A DNA stretch of 36,877 bases from an uncultured virus (IMG/VR IMGVR_UViG_3300021197_001002) (IMGVR_UViG_3300021197_001002); one strand, 5' to 3'. Numbered from the stretch's first letter, positions 17,621 through 25,506 are shown. The notes: generated by a model from the sequence alone, not told the origin. Made by a program: numbers and translations.

Positions 17621-18648
17621 ACGGTCATCTCCATTACCAAGTCCCAAGCCTTCTGCTTACGTCGTGCGAAAGGACCAAAGATTGCTGATTCAGTAGCCTT
17701 GATACTCTTCTCACCGTTGCGTAGTGTAGTAGCGTGATGGTCAAAGTATTCGGTTGCCGCATTGTATGCCGCCCATGCTGTACCTTCCATGTCTCCAATA
17801 AGATTCTTCTGTGTCGCAAGAAGCGATACTACCTTGTTGAGTTTGTTACGGGTACGGGTGTCGTCTGAAATCTCGCCATTCTCTTCACGCTTGAGGCCGA
17901 GTGTATCTACGAAGTATTCCTTCATGTCATCCAATTCCATCTCGACAGTCAATAGTGATTCGGCTTTATCGCCCCATGTAATGAAGTCCTGATTCATGAT
18001 ACCCAATGACTCTCTTGCCTCATCAACAGCATTGCCAAGTTTACTTGTGTGTCGCTTACTCATTACTGTAGTCGCATTACTTAGAGCGAGTGAGAGTGTG
18101 TTTTGACATACCACACGAATAGGTGTGGGTAAGAACTTTACTGCACCTGTACCATCGTGGTTGTTCGTGATAAGGAAGTATTGCTCAATAGGGTCTTGCC
18201 CATTGATGAGAATGGTTTCAGGCATCTTTGCCAATACCCATACCTTCTCACCGTTACCGAGCGCACCTGCTACTTCGATGGTCGCCTCTTGAGTTTGAAG
18301 AATCTCATCCATGAATGAGAATGCATCTGCATTCTGCAATGCTGTCCATACTTTACCTACTGATTTACCGTTACGAGTGAGTGGGATAAGCCCATCATCA
18401 CTCTCACGGAATACACCAAAGGTATTCGGTACAGGTTTAGATGCTTCGATAGAGAAGTGTTCGTGATTGGAAAGTTCGCTATAGAATAACGGTTTCTTAA
18501 CCACTTGCCAATTTAGATTTGCCTTGACTAATGCATCATGAGATGTCATCAGACCGCTTACGTTTGTTCCCAGTCCATGCCACGGAGTACTCCCCGCCCA
18601 TGCTGTCATGTGTTGCCCTGTTTCTGTTACTGCTATATTGTGTGCCAT
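17617..18648 (-). CDS. DUF932-family (phage/plasmid) protein
   Basis: MAHNI...PWHGLG, LQNADAF, AGALGNGEKVW, HDGTGA, TPIRVVCQNTL, RHT and GTAWAAYNAATEYFDH. Confidence 0.92.
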   Translation of the reverse strand: MAHNIAVTETGQHMTAWAGSTPWHGLGTNVSGLMTSHDALVKANLNWQVVKKPLFYSELSNHEHFSIEASKPVPNTFGVFRESDDGLIPLTRNGKSVGKVWTALQNADAFSFMDEILQTQEATIEVAGALGNGEKVWVLAKMPETILINGQDPIEQYFLITNNHDGTGAVKFLPTPIRVVCQNTLSLALSNATTVMSKRHTSKLGNAVDEARESLGIMNQDFITWGDKAESLLTVEMELDDMKEYFVDTLGLKREENGEISDDTRTRNKLNKVVSLLATQKNLIGDMEGTAWAAYNAATEYFDHHATTLRNGEKSIKATESAIFGPFARRKQKAWDLVMEMTV

Positions 18649-18650
18649 AT

Positions 18651-18977
18651 CTATTCCTCCTTCTTTTTCTTCATTAATTTGTCAATTATTCTATATTTTC
18701 TTTCCCACCGTTTTCGATTTCTTTCATTAACTATTTTTACCACAGGCTCATATAGTTCTTCACAAAACTCTTCTTCGGTAATACTTGCTTTCTTGAAATT
18801 CCAACACCCAACACTTATATTTCGTATTGAATACTCAGGCCGTTCGTCACCTTCTAATCCATATTGTACAATTATGTCAAATAAGGACTCGGTTTCTTCA
18901 CCTCCCCCATGATTTATTCGCTCGTATTCATATTCAAGCACTAGCCTCATCATCTCATCGTCAGTTCTTTTCCTCAT
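18651..18977 (-). CDS. Hypothetical protein
   Basis: 108-aa charged ORF with a GAGG RBS and an ATGA overlap. Confidence 0.7.
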   Translation of the reverse strand: MRKRTDDEMMRLVLEYEYERINHGGGEETESLFDIIVQYGLEGDERPEYSIRNISVGCWNFKKASITEEEFCEELYEPVVKIVNERNRKRWERKYRIIDKLMKKKKEE

Positions 18978-19684
18978 TCTTTCGTCCTCCTCATGGCTTC
19001 GACTTCCTCACAGTATGTTTTGGACAAGTCTATACCTATGCCCTTGCGATTCATTTTCTCTGCACACTTGGGAACAGAACCCGAACCCATCATAGGGTCA
19101 AGAACAATCATTCCTTCTTCACTGAACGATTCAATACACCTACGCACCAACTCTTCGGGGAATGCACAGGGATGGTCTTTATTGCGAGATGGCGGTATTC
19201 TCCACACTGAAAGGTATTTAGCGCAGTCTTTATTCCAATAGAAGCCTTTCGCCTTCTTTCCGAGGACATACAAATCCTCCTCGACCCGATAGAATCTAAC
19301 GGGATTGAATGCTTGCATACCGCACCTATCCCATGTTATGCGCTGGCGATAAACCATATCCGACTTCAAAATCCACTCAAGAGGAGACTTAACTTCAAAG
19401 TTGAAGATGCGGTCTTTATGGTTGTAAATCATTGTTCCCGTTGGCTTGAGGACTCTATGACATTCATTCAAAAAGCGTATTTGCCAATCCTCATATTCTT
19501 CATCAGTCATTTTATCATCATAAGAGTCATAGACGATGTTGGTTCTTCTCCAATAGTCTGCCTTTGCCTTCTGCGTGCGTCTGTTTCGCCAATTGTTATA
19601 GGGCGGAGATGTTATGATTAAATCAATAGAAGAATCTTCAAAGTCCTTCAAGACTTCTATACAATCGCCGTTAATTATTCTCAT
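18974..19684 (-). CDS. Site-specific DNA methyltransferase (N4-C/N6-A, beta class)
   Basis: GDCIEVL, catalytic TSPPY, HPCAFPEEL and SAM-binding LDPMMGSGS; start trimmed to ATG 19684. Confidence 0.93.
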   Translation of the reverse strand: MRIINGDCIEVLKDFEDSSIDLIITSPPYNNWRNRRTQKAKADYWRRTNIVYDSYDDKMTDEEYEDWQIRFLNECHRVLKPTGTMIYNHKDRIFNFEVKSPLEWILKSDMVYRQRITWDRCGMQAFNPVRFYRVEEDLYVLGKKAKGFYWNKDCAKYLSVWRIPPSRNKDHPCAFPEELVRRCIESFSEEGMIVLDPMMGSGSVPKCAEKMNRKGIGIDLSKTYCEEVEAMRRTKE

Positions 19685-19686
19685 AT

Positions 19687-19899
19687 CTATTCCTCCTGTT
19701 CTGCTAATTCTGCAATCCATCCTCGTTGTAGTGAGCAAGCGACACCATACGTAATCTGGTATCGTTCGTAGAAGTCATCAGCCGCTTCCCAACCACAGAC
19801 ATCAACCATCATCTCTATGTCTGTTCTGTCCCATTCATCCATACCTGCTGGTGCTATAAAGCAAGCAAGTTTTGCCATGTTCTTGTAATTCCATGCCAT
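19687..19899 (-). CDS. Hypothetical protein flanked by identical junction repeats
   Basis: 70-aa ORF between two GGAGGAATAGATATG copies. Confidence 0.75.
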   Translation of the reverse strand: MAWNYKNMAKLACFIAPAGMDEWDRTDIEMMVDVCGWEAADDFYERYQITYGVACSLQRGWIAELAEQEE

Positions 19900-19901
19900 A
19901 T

Positions 19902-20066
19902 CTATTCCTCCAATTCTATTTGAACATCATCCACAGCGAACAGGAACTTATCGAATGGTTCACCGAATAATGAGTGTACCACCCATAACTTCTCTTCGAT
20001 TTCGTCTTTATCTTCTGCTTCTATTTCACCTGTGTATGTTACTGTTACTGTATATGTTTTCTTCAT
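19902..20066 (-). CDS. Small hypothetical protein (54 aa, not in the ORF track)
   Basis: MKKTYTVTVTYTGEIEAEDKDEIEEKLWVVHSLFGEPFDKFLFAVDDVQIELEE; GGTGA RBS and ATGA overlap. Confidence 0.75.
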   Translation of the reverse strand: MKKTYTVTVTYTGEIEAEDKDEIEEKLWVVHSLFGEPFDKFLFAVDDVQIELEE

Positions 20067-20245
20067 TCTGTCACCACCTTTGCATCAATAATAGAGAACT
20101 TTTCAGGTGTGGTCTTAGTCATGTTATCCTTCACCACATCTTCAATTGTCCATCCATATGCTTCATACAAAGAACTTAAATGTCCGTCTTTTAATTCAGA
20201 TTCATCTATCCATATTAACCCAGTGAACCTAACCTTTTTCTTCAT
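20063..20245 (-). CDS. Small hypothetical protein
   Basis: 60 aa, flanked by the direct repeat TGACAGAATGAAGAAAA (20057-20073 and 20236-20252). Confidence 0.7.
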   Translation of the reverse strand: MKKKVRFTGLIWIDESELKDGHLSSLYEAYGWTIEDVVKDNMTKTTPEKFSIIDAKVVTE

Positions 20246-20442
20246 TCTGTCAACCCCTCTACGTGTTGTTGGGTAAGTATCTCTTCGACGTATGATTCTA
20301 ATTTCTCAGCCATTGCTCTATACTCTCTTGCCAAGTCAGTCGCCCTGTCTTTGAACTCTTCACGAGTCATGTGAACAACGTCACCCATAATGACATCGTT
20401 CAATTCCCTGTATTCCTGTGTTAATAAATCTAAATAATCCAT
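20242..20442 (-). CDS. Small hypothetical protein
   Basis: 66 aa; first gene after promoter copy 4. Confidence 0.75.
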   Translation of the reverse strand: MDYLDLLTQEYRELNDVIMGDVVHMTREEFKDRATDLAREYRAMAEKLESYVEEILTQQHVEGLTE

Positions 20443-20454
20443 CTTAAATCACCT

Positions 20455-20477
20455 TTATTCTCTTTGCCGATTTATAA
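20455..20477 (-). promoter_or_regulatory. Conserved viral promoter element (copy 4)
   Basis: Exact 23-mer 12 nt upstream of ATG 20442. Confidence 0.85.
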
Positions 20478-20485
20478 AGGAGTGG

Positions 20486-20887
20486 TCAAACCACATGCCC
20501 CTCGTCATCATAATCTATTCTTTCGTTGTCGTAGATGATACCATAGTCATCTAATGTTTCGCCCTCAAAGACTGGTCTGTGCCTTGTACCGTAATGATAC
20601 ATGGCCGACCATACCTTAGTACAAGCATCGTAGAAATCATTGTCAGGTATCGAGTTCTTGAAATTAGGATAGTCAATGTTCTCCACATAGTTCACCATAA
20701 ATTCTGCAACCTCTTCCATGTGGATGTCTGCCCTGTAAGGGTAATCCGCATCGGGGTCTGTGTAGACATCAGCCGCAGGGAACTGGTCAACAATATGACA
20801 CTCTTTCCTTGCCCTCACCAAAAGATGGTTGGGTATTTTCAAATGCTTGACAATACTAAGCCACCCATCACTCGTTGCTATCCACAC
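20486..20887 (-). CDS. Conserved hypothetical viral protein
   Basis: MWIATSDGWLSIV...LLVRAR...DYPYRA...IDYPNFK is a pattern recalled from other phage hypotheticals; GTG start after a GGAG RBS. Confidence 0.75.
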   Translation of the reverse strand: MWIATSDGWLSIVKHLKIPNHLLVRARKECHIVDQFPAADVYTDPDADYPYRADIHMEEVAEFMVNYVENIDYPNFKNSIPDNDFYDACTKVWSAMYHYGTRHRPVFEGETLDDYGIIYDNERIDYDDEGHVV

Positions 20888-21131
20888 GGTTATCCTCTCC
20901 TAAAATCATTTCAATGCCTTTGAACTCCCACACTTCAAACCAAATTGATTTACAGTTCCTACAAGCCACGTCTATTGACCCACTCATGAAACTGCTTCGG
21001 TATGTTATGTCGTCGCTTCCGCAGGAAGGGCAATGCACCGCTTCCTCTTGCTTTTGTTGTGAAAGTATAATTTCACATAGTTGTTTTTTCGTATTCTTCA
21101 TTAGTTGTTTTTCGTTCAATCCCATGCCCAT
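20868..21131 (-). CDS. Zn-ribbon protein
   Basis: CPSCGS...CRNC. Confidence 0.7.
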   Translation of the reverse strand: MGMGLNEKQLMKNTKKQLCEIILSQQKQEEAVHCPSCGSDDITYRSSFMSGSIDVACRNCKSIWFEVWEFKGIEMILGEDNRVDSNE

Positions 21132-21295
21132 TCCTCCATTGCATCTGTAAAGATAGAAATCAGTTCAGCCTTCTGAATGTCAGTTGTACAGGTATCGTAC
21201 AATCTTTCACCCAAAGTTTCTATCATATCCACTCTTTGATTAGCATTTGAGTGCTTCGTAAATTTATCTAATTCTTTCATCAGTATTCTAAACAT
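21116..21295 (-). CDS. Small hypothetical protein
   Basis: ATG 21295 after GGTGATTAAG; first gene after promoter copy 5. Confidence 0.65.
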   Translation of the reverse strand: MFRILMKELDKFTKHSNANQRVDMIETLGERLYDTCTTDIQKAELISIFTDAMEEWAWD

Positions 21296-21306
21296 CTTAA
21301 TCACCT

Positions 21307-21329
21307 TTATTCTCTTTGCCGATTTATAA
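21307..21329 (-). promoter_or_regulatory. Conserved viral promoter element (copy 5)
   Basis: Exact 23-mer embedded in the last codons of the C5 methyltransferase-like gene. Confidence 0.85.
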
Positions 21330-21987
21330 GGCTATCATTTCCCCATTGGTCAGCCATTGCATCAGCGATGCCTTGAAATGTGATACTCCTCACGTTAGCC
21401 CGTTCCTTCGGCGGGAGTTTAGCCGCCTCTACGTACCACGCTGGCATAGACTTACCACTCTTGAATACTGTTCTCGGTTGAGGCTCGACTACGTTAGTAG
21501 GCACGAGAGGGTCAAGACCCTTCAACCAAAAACCTGTACGCTTTTCAAATGGGTCGCCAAACTGATACGGATGAATGTATTGATTCGGTTTCCTGAATCG
21601 TGTTGACATAATACCAACAGGGTTCTCAACCACTATCTTTGGAATGTCTGCATTGATGAGTTTCATGAAGAACTCAACCGCCTCTTCACGTTGTTCTCTC
21701 CTGTTAGGGAAACGTGGATGAGGTCTGCGTTCTTCTACGGGAAGGTGTTTGTCATCGGGATGGTAATACCATTTGTTACCCGTAACTGTAAGGTATGTAC
21801 ATGGTGGGTGGGCAATCATCAAGTCCCACCCTTTTGTAAGGTCGATAACATCAAAGACATCGCCCTGAAAATGATACGGCGATTCATCTAAGGCAGGTTG
21901 AATGTCGCAGGACCATGCATCATGTCCCTTTGCTCGGAATGCTTCTCGCACTCGACCACTATATTCACAGGCTATTAGTACTCTCAT
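21307..21987 (-). CDS. Short C5-cytosine DNA methyltransferase-like protein
   Basis: MRVLIACEYSG (motif I variant), AHPPC (catalytic PC), ENP, and C-terminal RSITFQGIADAMADQW. Confidence 0.85.
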   Translation of the reverse strand: MRVLIACEYSGRVREAFRAKGHDAWSCDIQPALDESPYHFQGDVFDVIDLTKGWDLMIAHPPCTYLTVTGNKWYYHPDDKHLPVEERRPHPRFPNRREQREEAVEFFMKLINADIPKIVVENPVGIMSTRFRKPNQYIHPYQFGDPFEKRTGFWLKGLDPLVPTNVVEPQPRTVFKSGKSMPAWYVEAAKLPPKERANVRSITFQGIADAMADQWGNDSLINRQRE

Positions 21988-21991
21988 TCTT

Positions 21992-22489
21992 TCACCGCCA
22001 ATCTTTGTTGTCATGTATTCTTCTTAGGCTAACCGTATTGAAAACATGGTCATAGAGTATTTGCTTTGATGCTACTTTCTCTTTGAAAATATCTCCAATC
22101 TTCGGGCGTAATAATGCCATCAAATCGGTTACACTATCCGTATCGGAAGGATGTAAACCCATTTCAGAAATCAAAGTACGCAAGACAATGTAGCCCACGC
22201 CTCCTGTACGGTCCCGTCCATGTACACAATGGAGTAAGACATCCTTACCTTCATCGAGCAAACCAAGCACTAACTCGGATGCATGTTGCCAAATGTTCGG
22301 GTCGTCGTTATGCGCTCGGAAGTAGTAGTGATGTCGCTCTTGTTTATCGCTATCAATAAAGCGAGGTGGGTAACGACACAACGTAACAACCGTGTGTTTA
22401 GGTTCGAGTGTATCTCGAAAATCTTCAAGGTCACACATAGTGAGTGACGAGCCATTCTTAAATGTATATGATATATTTTCCATGTTCAT
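21992..22489 (-). CDS. Dual-specificity/tyrosine phosphatase (CX5R)
   Basis: VLLHCVHGRDRTG signature. Confidence 0.9.
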   Translation of the reverse strand: MNMENISYTFKNGSSLTMCDLEDFRDTLEPKHTVVTLCRYPPRFIDSDKQERHHYYFRAHNDDPNIWQHASELVLGLLDEGKDVLLHCVHGRDRTGGVGYIVLRTLISEMGLHPSDTDSVTDLMALLRPKIGDIFKEKVASKQILYDHVFNTVSLRRIHDNKDWR

Positions 22490-22764
22490 TCCTCCTCTTC
22501 ACGTAGGAATGCGAAATCATCTTCCGACCAATTATCAGTCTCCGTGAATTTATGGAATCGAGATATGCCGCACCTATCACATTGCATGTGAACTAAGTAA
22601 CCGTAGTCCATCGTATGTGTTTCCACGATAAGCCAATTATGAGCATTTTCTTTACAGATGGTTGTATTGTAAAGTGACCGTTCAAACTCTTCTAAAAGAC
22701 TCATTCTCTCTTTCACTTCTTCTAACTGCTTCGCTATTTTCTTTTTTTCTTCGTCTATTTTCAT
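22486..22764 (-). CDS. Hypothetical protein, coiled coil plus Cys/His finger
   Basis: C...HNW...CDRCG; GGAG RBS and ATGA overlaps. Confidence 0.7.
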   Translation of the reverse strand: MKIDEEKKKIAKQLEEVKERMSLLEEFERSLYNTTICKENAHNWLIVETHTMDYGYLVHMQCDRCGISRFHKFTETDNWSEDDFAFLREEEE

Positions 22765-22934
22765 TCTTTCATCTCCTTGTGATACCTTCCTTCATGGCAA
22801 TCGCCTTGACAACCCCAACACTGGTAAGAGCGTAAGAACCACGGCACAATTCTCCATTGTTTCGCACCGCCATCAAGACGTGTACGCTTGAAGTGGCGTT
22901 CTTTTCGTGGACACCAATACTTACCAAGATTCAC
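22761..22934 (-). CDS. Small Cys/His-rich protein (57 aa, not in the ORF track)
   Basis: GTG start inside a junction repeat: MNLGKYWCPRKERHFKRTRLDGGAKQWRIVPWFLRSYQCWGCQGDCHEGRYHKEMKE. Confidence 0.7.
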   Translation of the reverse strand: MNLGKYWCPRKERHFKRTRLDGGAKQWRIVPWFLRSYQCWGCQGDCHEGRYHKEMKE

Positions 22935-23065
22935 GCCTTCACCTCCACGCCTTTCATGAAACCGATGTCACCATTGGTGGTGCATACTTGGCACAACATG
23001 AAAGTGAAGTTGGTGTGTGGTGCTTCGCTAATTCTATCACACTTCGTACATTGTACTTGTATCAC
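22931..23065 (-). CDS. Micro-protein, Zn ribbon (44 aa)
   Basis: MIQVQCTKCDRISEAPHTNFTFMLCQVCTTNGDIGFMKGVEVKA; spans junction to junction. Confidence 0.8.
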   Translation of the reverse strand: MIQVQCTKCDRISEAPHTNFTFMLCQVCTTNGDIGFMKGVEVKA

Positions 23066-23166
23066 GCCGTCACCTCCTTACAACATTCTTCTGCATCGTT
23101 CTTGTCGGGGAAGCCACGACCACAGTTGCCGCATTGCCATTCGCTGAATAGGTATGCGTCGGTCAT
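23062..23166 (-). CDS. Micro-protein, Cys finger (34 aa)
   Basis: MTDAYLFSEWQCGNCGRGFPDKNDAEECCKEVTA; spans junction to junction. Confidence 0.8.
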   Translation of the reverse strand: MTDAYLFSEWQCGNCGRGFPDKNDAEECCKEVTA

Positions 23167-23459
23167 GCCGTCACCTCCTCAATCTCAATCGGTCCGTCGT
23201 CGGGTAACGGGTGTCGCACTCCTTCAAAGGGGTCAGTCATTTCAGGGGAACCCGTCTTGCGCCAATGTTCGGTTGCCATCATACCACACTTCCAACATGT
23301 CGAAACTCCGACCACCCATTCAATCCCACCACTCCAAAAATCAAGGTCGGGATGCCCCCACCTGTGGTCACCGAAATTCGGACCACAAGAGGGAATGACA
23401 TCATCCGTTTTATCCCCATGCTCATTAACCAATTGCTCTCTCTTTTCTTTGTCACTCAT
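23163..23459 (-). CDS. Small Cys/His protein ending EEVTA
   Basis: 98 aa, C...H...CWKCG; spans junction to junction. Confidence 0.8.
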   Translation of the reverse strand: MSDKEKREQLVNEHGDKTDDVIPSCGPNFGDHRWGHPDLDFWSGGIEWVVGVSTCWKCGMMATEHWRKTGSPEMTDPFEGVRHPLPDDGPIEIEEVTA

Positions 23460-23689
23460 GCCGTCACCTCCACGCCTCGTAGTTTTTCTTTCGTTTCGTC
23501 AATCTTGTTTTGAATAGTCTGTTTGTATTTCACTATACCTTCCTCCGTTATGCGATTCTCTAAATCCTTTATCCTTTGTCGTAATTGAAATCTCTTAACA
23601 CTCGCTCGGACTTTCTCTCTCCCTTCGGGAGTAGCCTTGTATCGTTTGTTTGCTTCCGCTTTCTTCTCTTTGCTACTGTATGCCATCAC
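23456..23689 (-). CDS. Small basic coiled-coil protein ending GVEVTA
   Basis: 77 aa, Lys/Arg-rich; spans junction to junction. Confidence 0.8.
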   Translation of the reverse strand: MMAYSSKEKKAEANKRYKATPEGREKVRASVKRFQLRQRIKDLENRITEEGIVKYKQTIQNKIDETKEKLRGVEVTA

Positions 23690-23805
23690 GCCGTCACCTC
23701 CACGCCCTGTTCATTGCATTCAACTTCTTCGCCCTGTTCGTTTAGGAAAAAGAAAATGTTGATTGATGAATCGTAATAAATGTCACTTGAGTATTTGTAA
23801 ATCAC
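23686..23805 (-). CDS. Micro-protein (39 aa)
   Basis: MIYKYSSDIYYDSSINIFFFLNEQGEEVECNEQGVEVTA; spans junction to junction. Confidence 0.7.
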   Translation of the reverse strand: MIYKYSSDIYYDSSINIFFFLNEQGEEVECNEQGVEVTA

Positions 23806-23963
23806 GCCGTCACCTCCACGCTTCTGTTAGGGTGATTGTTTATTTCTTCCAAGTGTTCTTCAAGCACCGCATAGGTATCTGCAAGTTCATCAAGTATTCT
23901 TTGCATCTCTTTCATAGCCGCTTCGTAGCCTTCTGCTAATCCATCCATGTATGTTTTGCTCAC
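23802..23963 (-). CDS. Micro-protein, acidic helix (53 aa)
   Basis: MSKTYMDGLAEGYEAAMKEMQRILDELADTYAVLEEHLEEINNHPNRSVEVTA. Confidence 0.78.
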   Translation of the reverse strand: MSKTYMDGLAEGYEAAMKEMQRILDELADTYAVLEEHLEEINNHPNRSVEVTA

Positions 23964-24070
23964 GCCGTCACCTCCACGCTCAATCTAATTGCTTCATCGT
24001 AAGCCTTCTTGAGAGGCCAACCCTTCTTGAGTAGGTCAATGTAATACGCCCTGTGTATAGCCCAATTCAT
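23960..24070 (-). CDS. Micro-protein (36 aa)
   Basis: MNWAIHRAYYIDLLKKGWPLKKAYDEAIRLSVEVTA. Confidence 0.75.
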   Translation of the reverse strand: MNWAIHRAYYIDLLKKGWPLKKAYDEAIRLSVEVTA

Positions 24071-24618
24071 GCCGTCACCTCCACGCCTTGCCACCAATCG
24101 GGGGCGGGTGTACCCTTCTCCCACTTGGCGAACTGTTTGGAATGGTAATAGCGACGGTATGCTTCGATGGCAAACTTAGGATAAGCATGGTACACAACCT
24201 CACCATCGACAGGTTCAGGTCTGTACTCATCGGGCATAGCCAATGCGAATGGTGTGAGGTCACCCATAGGTATGAGAAGAATCATCTTTAGCATTGTATG
24301 AATCGGACCGTGACATGCGTGAACATCTACATTGTTGAAACGACGGTCATATTCTCGCAGTAATTCAACACCGTGTAAAGCAAGCCAACCAAAGTTATCA
24401 CGAGAATCTCCCGACCATACTGTGCATGGATGATGAGCGTAGCCACCCTTGTAGGGCTTACCTGCTTTGGTGAGGGGCATCTGCTCATCAGTTGCACCAT
24501 GCCTACGCAGGGCTGATGCCATCATCTGTGCGACCTCGACGCACATCTTTGGAACATGCTTGTCGCAATGCATTCGTGCCGCAGTAATTGGGTTTCTATC
24601 TAATACAAATATGTTCAT
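24067..24618 (-). CDS. Pyrimidine-dimer DNA glycosylase (endonuclease V-like) family protein
   Basis: MNIFVLD...HCDKHVPKMCVEVAQM, HHPCTVW, AMPDEY, AYRRYY and a W..P.WW C-terminus, as in this family. Confidence 0.8.
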   Translation of the reverse strand: MNIFVLDRNPITAARMHCDKHVPKMCVEVAQMMASALRRHGATDEQMPLTKAGKPYKGGYAHHPCTVWSGDSRDNFGWLALHGVELLREYDRRFNNVDVHACHGPIHTMLKMILLIPMGDLTPFALAMPDEYRPEPVDGEVVYHAYPKFAIEAYRRYYHSKQFAKWEKGTPAPDWWQGVEVTA

Positions 24619-24719
24619 TCTGATTCCTCCTCTTTACAATACGGGCAGTATTCGTAACCGATGTCAAACGACTTACCGCATTCAGGACACGTCATGGTTG
24701 GGTACAATTTTACATTCAT
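24615..24719 (-). CDS. Micro-protein, Zn ribbon (34 aa, not in the ORF track)
   Basis: MNVKLYPTMTCPECGKSFDIGYEYCPYCKEEESE; flanked by identical GGAGGAATCAGAATGA (24615-24630 and 24716-24731). Confidence 0.8.
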   Translation of the reverse strand: MNVKLYPTMTCPECGKSFDIGYEYCPYCKEEESE

Positions 24720-25039
24720 TCTGATTCCTCCCCTGCTGTAAAGTGGAAAAAGTGGTCGATGATAGTCCTCGCACGATGCAACTCTTCATCAGACGGACTG
24801 TATTCATAATGGAACGCTTCAGCCTCGTAACAGGTATACTCCGCCGCCCGTGTAAGGTATTGCTTTACACGCTTCTTAGATTCTAATTCCTCATCATAAA
24901 TATCCCATCTATGTATCGCATGTGCCAACATTTCAGCACACCTATCCAAGTCCCACACTACGGGGTTCATTGGTATTTTCATCATGATTGTATCATTCCT
25001 TCGTTCCACAGGAACCCATGCTCTACCGTAACTTACCAT
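24716..25039 (-). CDS. Hypothetical protein
   Basis: ATG 25039 after GGTGATTAAG; ends EESE in a junction repeat. Confidence 0.7.
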   Translation of the reverse strand: MVSYGRAWVPVERRNDTIMMKIPMNPVVWDLDRCAEMLAHAIHRWDIYDEELESKKRVKQYLTRAAEYTCYEAEAFHYEYSPSDEELHRARTIIDHFFHFTAGEESE

Positions 25040-25044
25040 CTTAA

Positions 25045-25506
25045 TCACCCAATCCTGTATATGTAGTACACCGTTCTATCAACCTGTATCGGAATCTCTC
25101 TACCATCATACGGTGAGAGTAAATGCCCTCGACCATCAGATGATACTGCGTCATCAACAAAGGCATCAAAGTCGTTTAACATAGACTTGAGTACATCATT
25201 TGCATCCTCGCTCATTTTATCTTGCACAACCTGTATTCTTTTTGAATCCACTCCCGTGTGTGCTTGGAGAAACGTTGAACTGAATGCCCATACAGTTTCT
25301 TCAATGTGTTCACGTACTGCTTCGTCAGCCTCTTCATCTGTGTAGACAAGGTAATCATTATCAATGAAGCCTTCCACATCTTCAAAGTCAATGCTATCGA
25401 GATGATGTGCGAGTGCCAATATCCTTGGCAAATTATATGAGTCACACATTTCTGTTGCATTGTCCCATACTCTATCTTTCATGTTGCTCGTTGTTATACT
25501 ATCCAT
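25045..25506 (-). CDS. Highly acidic protein, possible ArdA-like antirestriction DNA mimic
   Basis: Asp/Glu-rich with DFDAFVDDAV..DG..YYIYRI at the C-terminus; first gene after promoter copy 6. Function is inferred. Confidence 0.5.
   Translation of the reverse strand: MDSITTSNMKDRVWDNATEMCDSYNLPRILALAHHLDSIDFEDVEGFIDNDYLVYTDEEADEAVREHIEETVWAFSSTFLQAHTGVDSKRIQVVQDKMSEDANDVLKSMLNDFDAFVDDAVSSDGRGHLLSPYDGREIPIQVDRTVYYIYRIG

Larger units (their letters stand above)
18646..19911 (-). repeat. Junction repeat GGAGGAATAGATATG, three copies
   Basis: Identical 15-mers at 18646-18660, 19682-19696 and 19897-19911, each supplying an EE-stop, RBS and ATG. Confidence 0.9.
22931..24086 (-). repeat. Eight-copy gene-junction repeat (GCGT)GGAGGTGA(C/A)GGC(A/G)TGA
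   Basis: 16-bp cores start (+ coordinates) at 22931, 23062, 23163, 23456, 23686, 23802, 23960 and 24067; six carry an extra GCGT. Confidence 0.97.

Noticed and set aside
22931..24086. CRISPR array interpretation of the eight-copy repeat
   Set aside because: The repeats are only 16-20 bp, the units vary from 101 to 293 bp and each is a complete ORF; there is no leader or cas operon.
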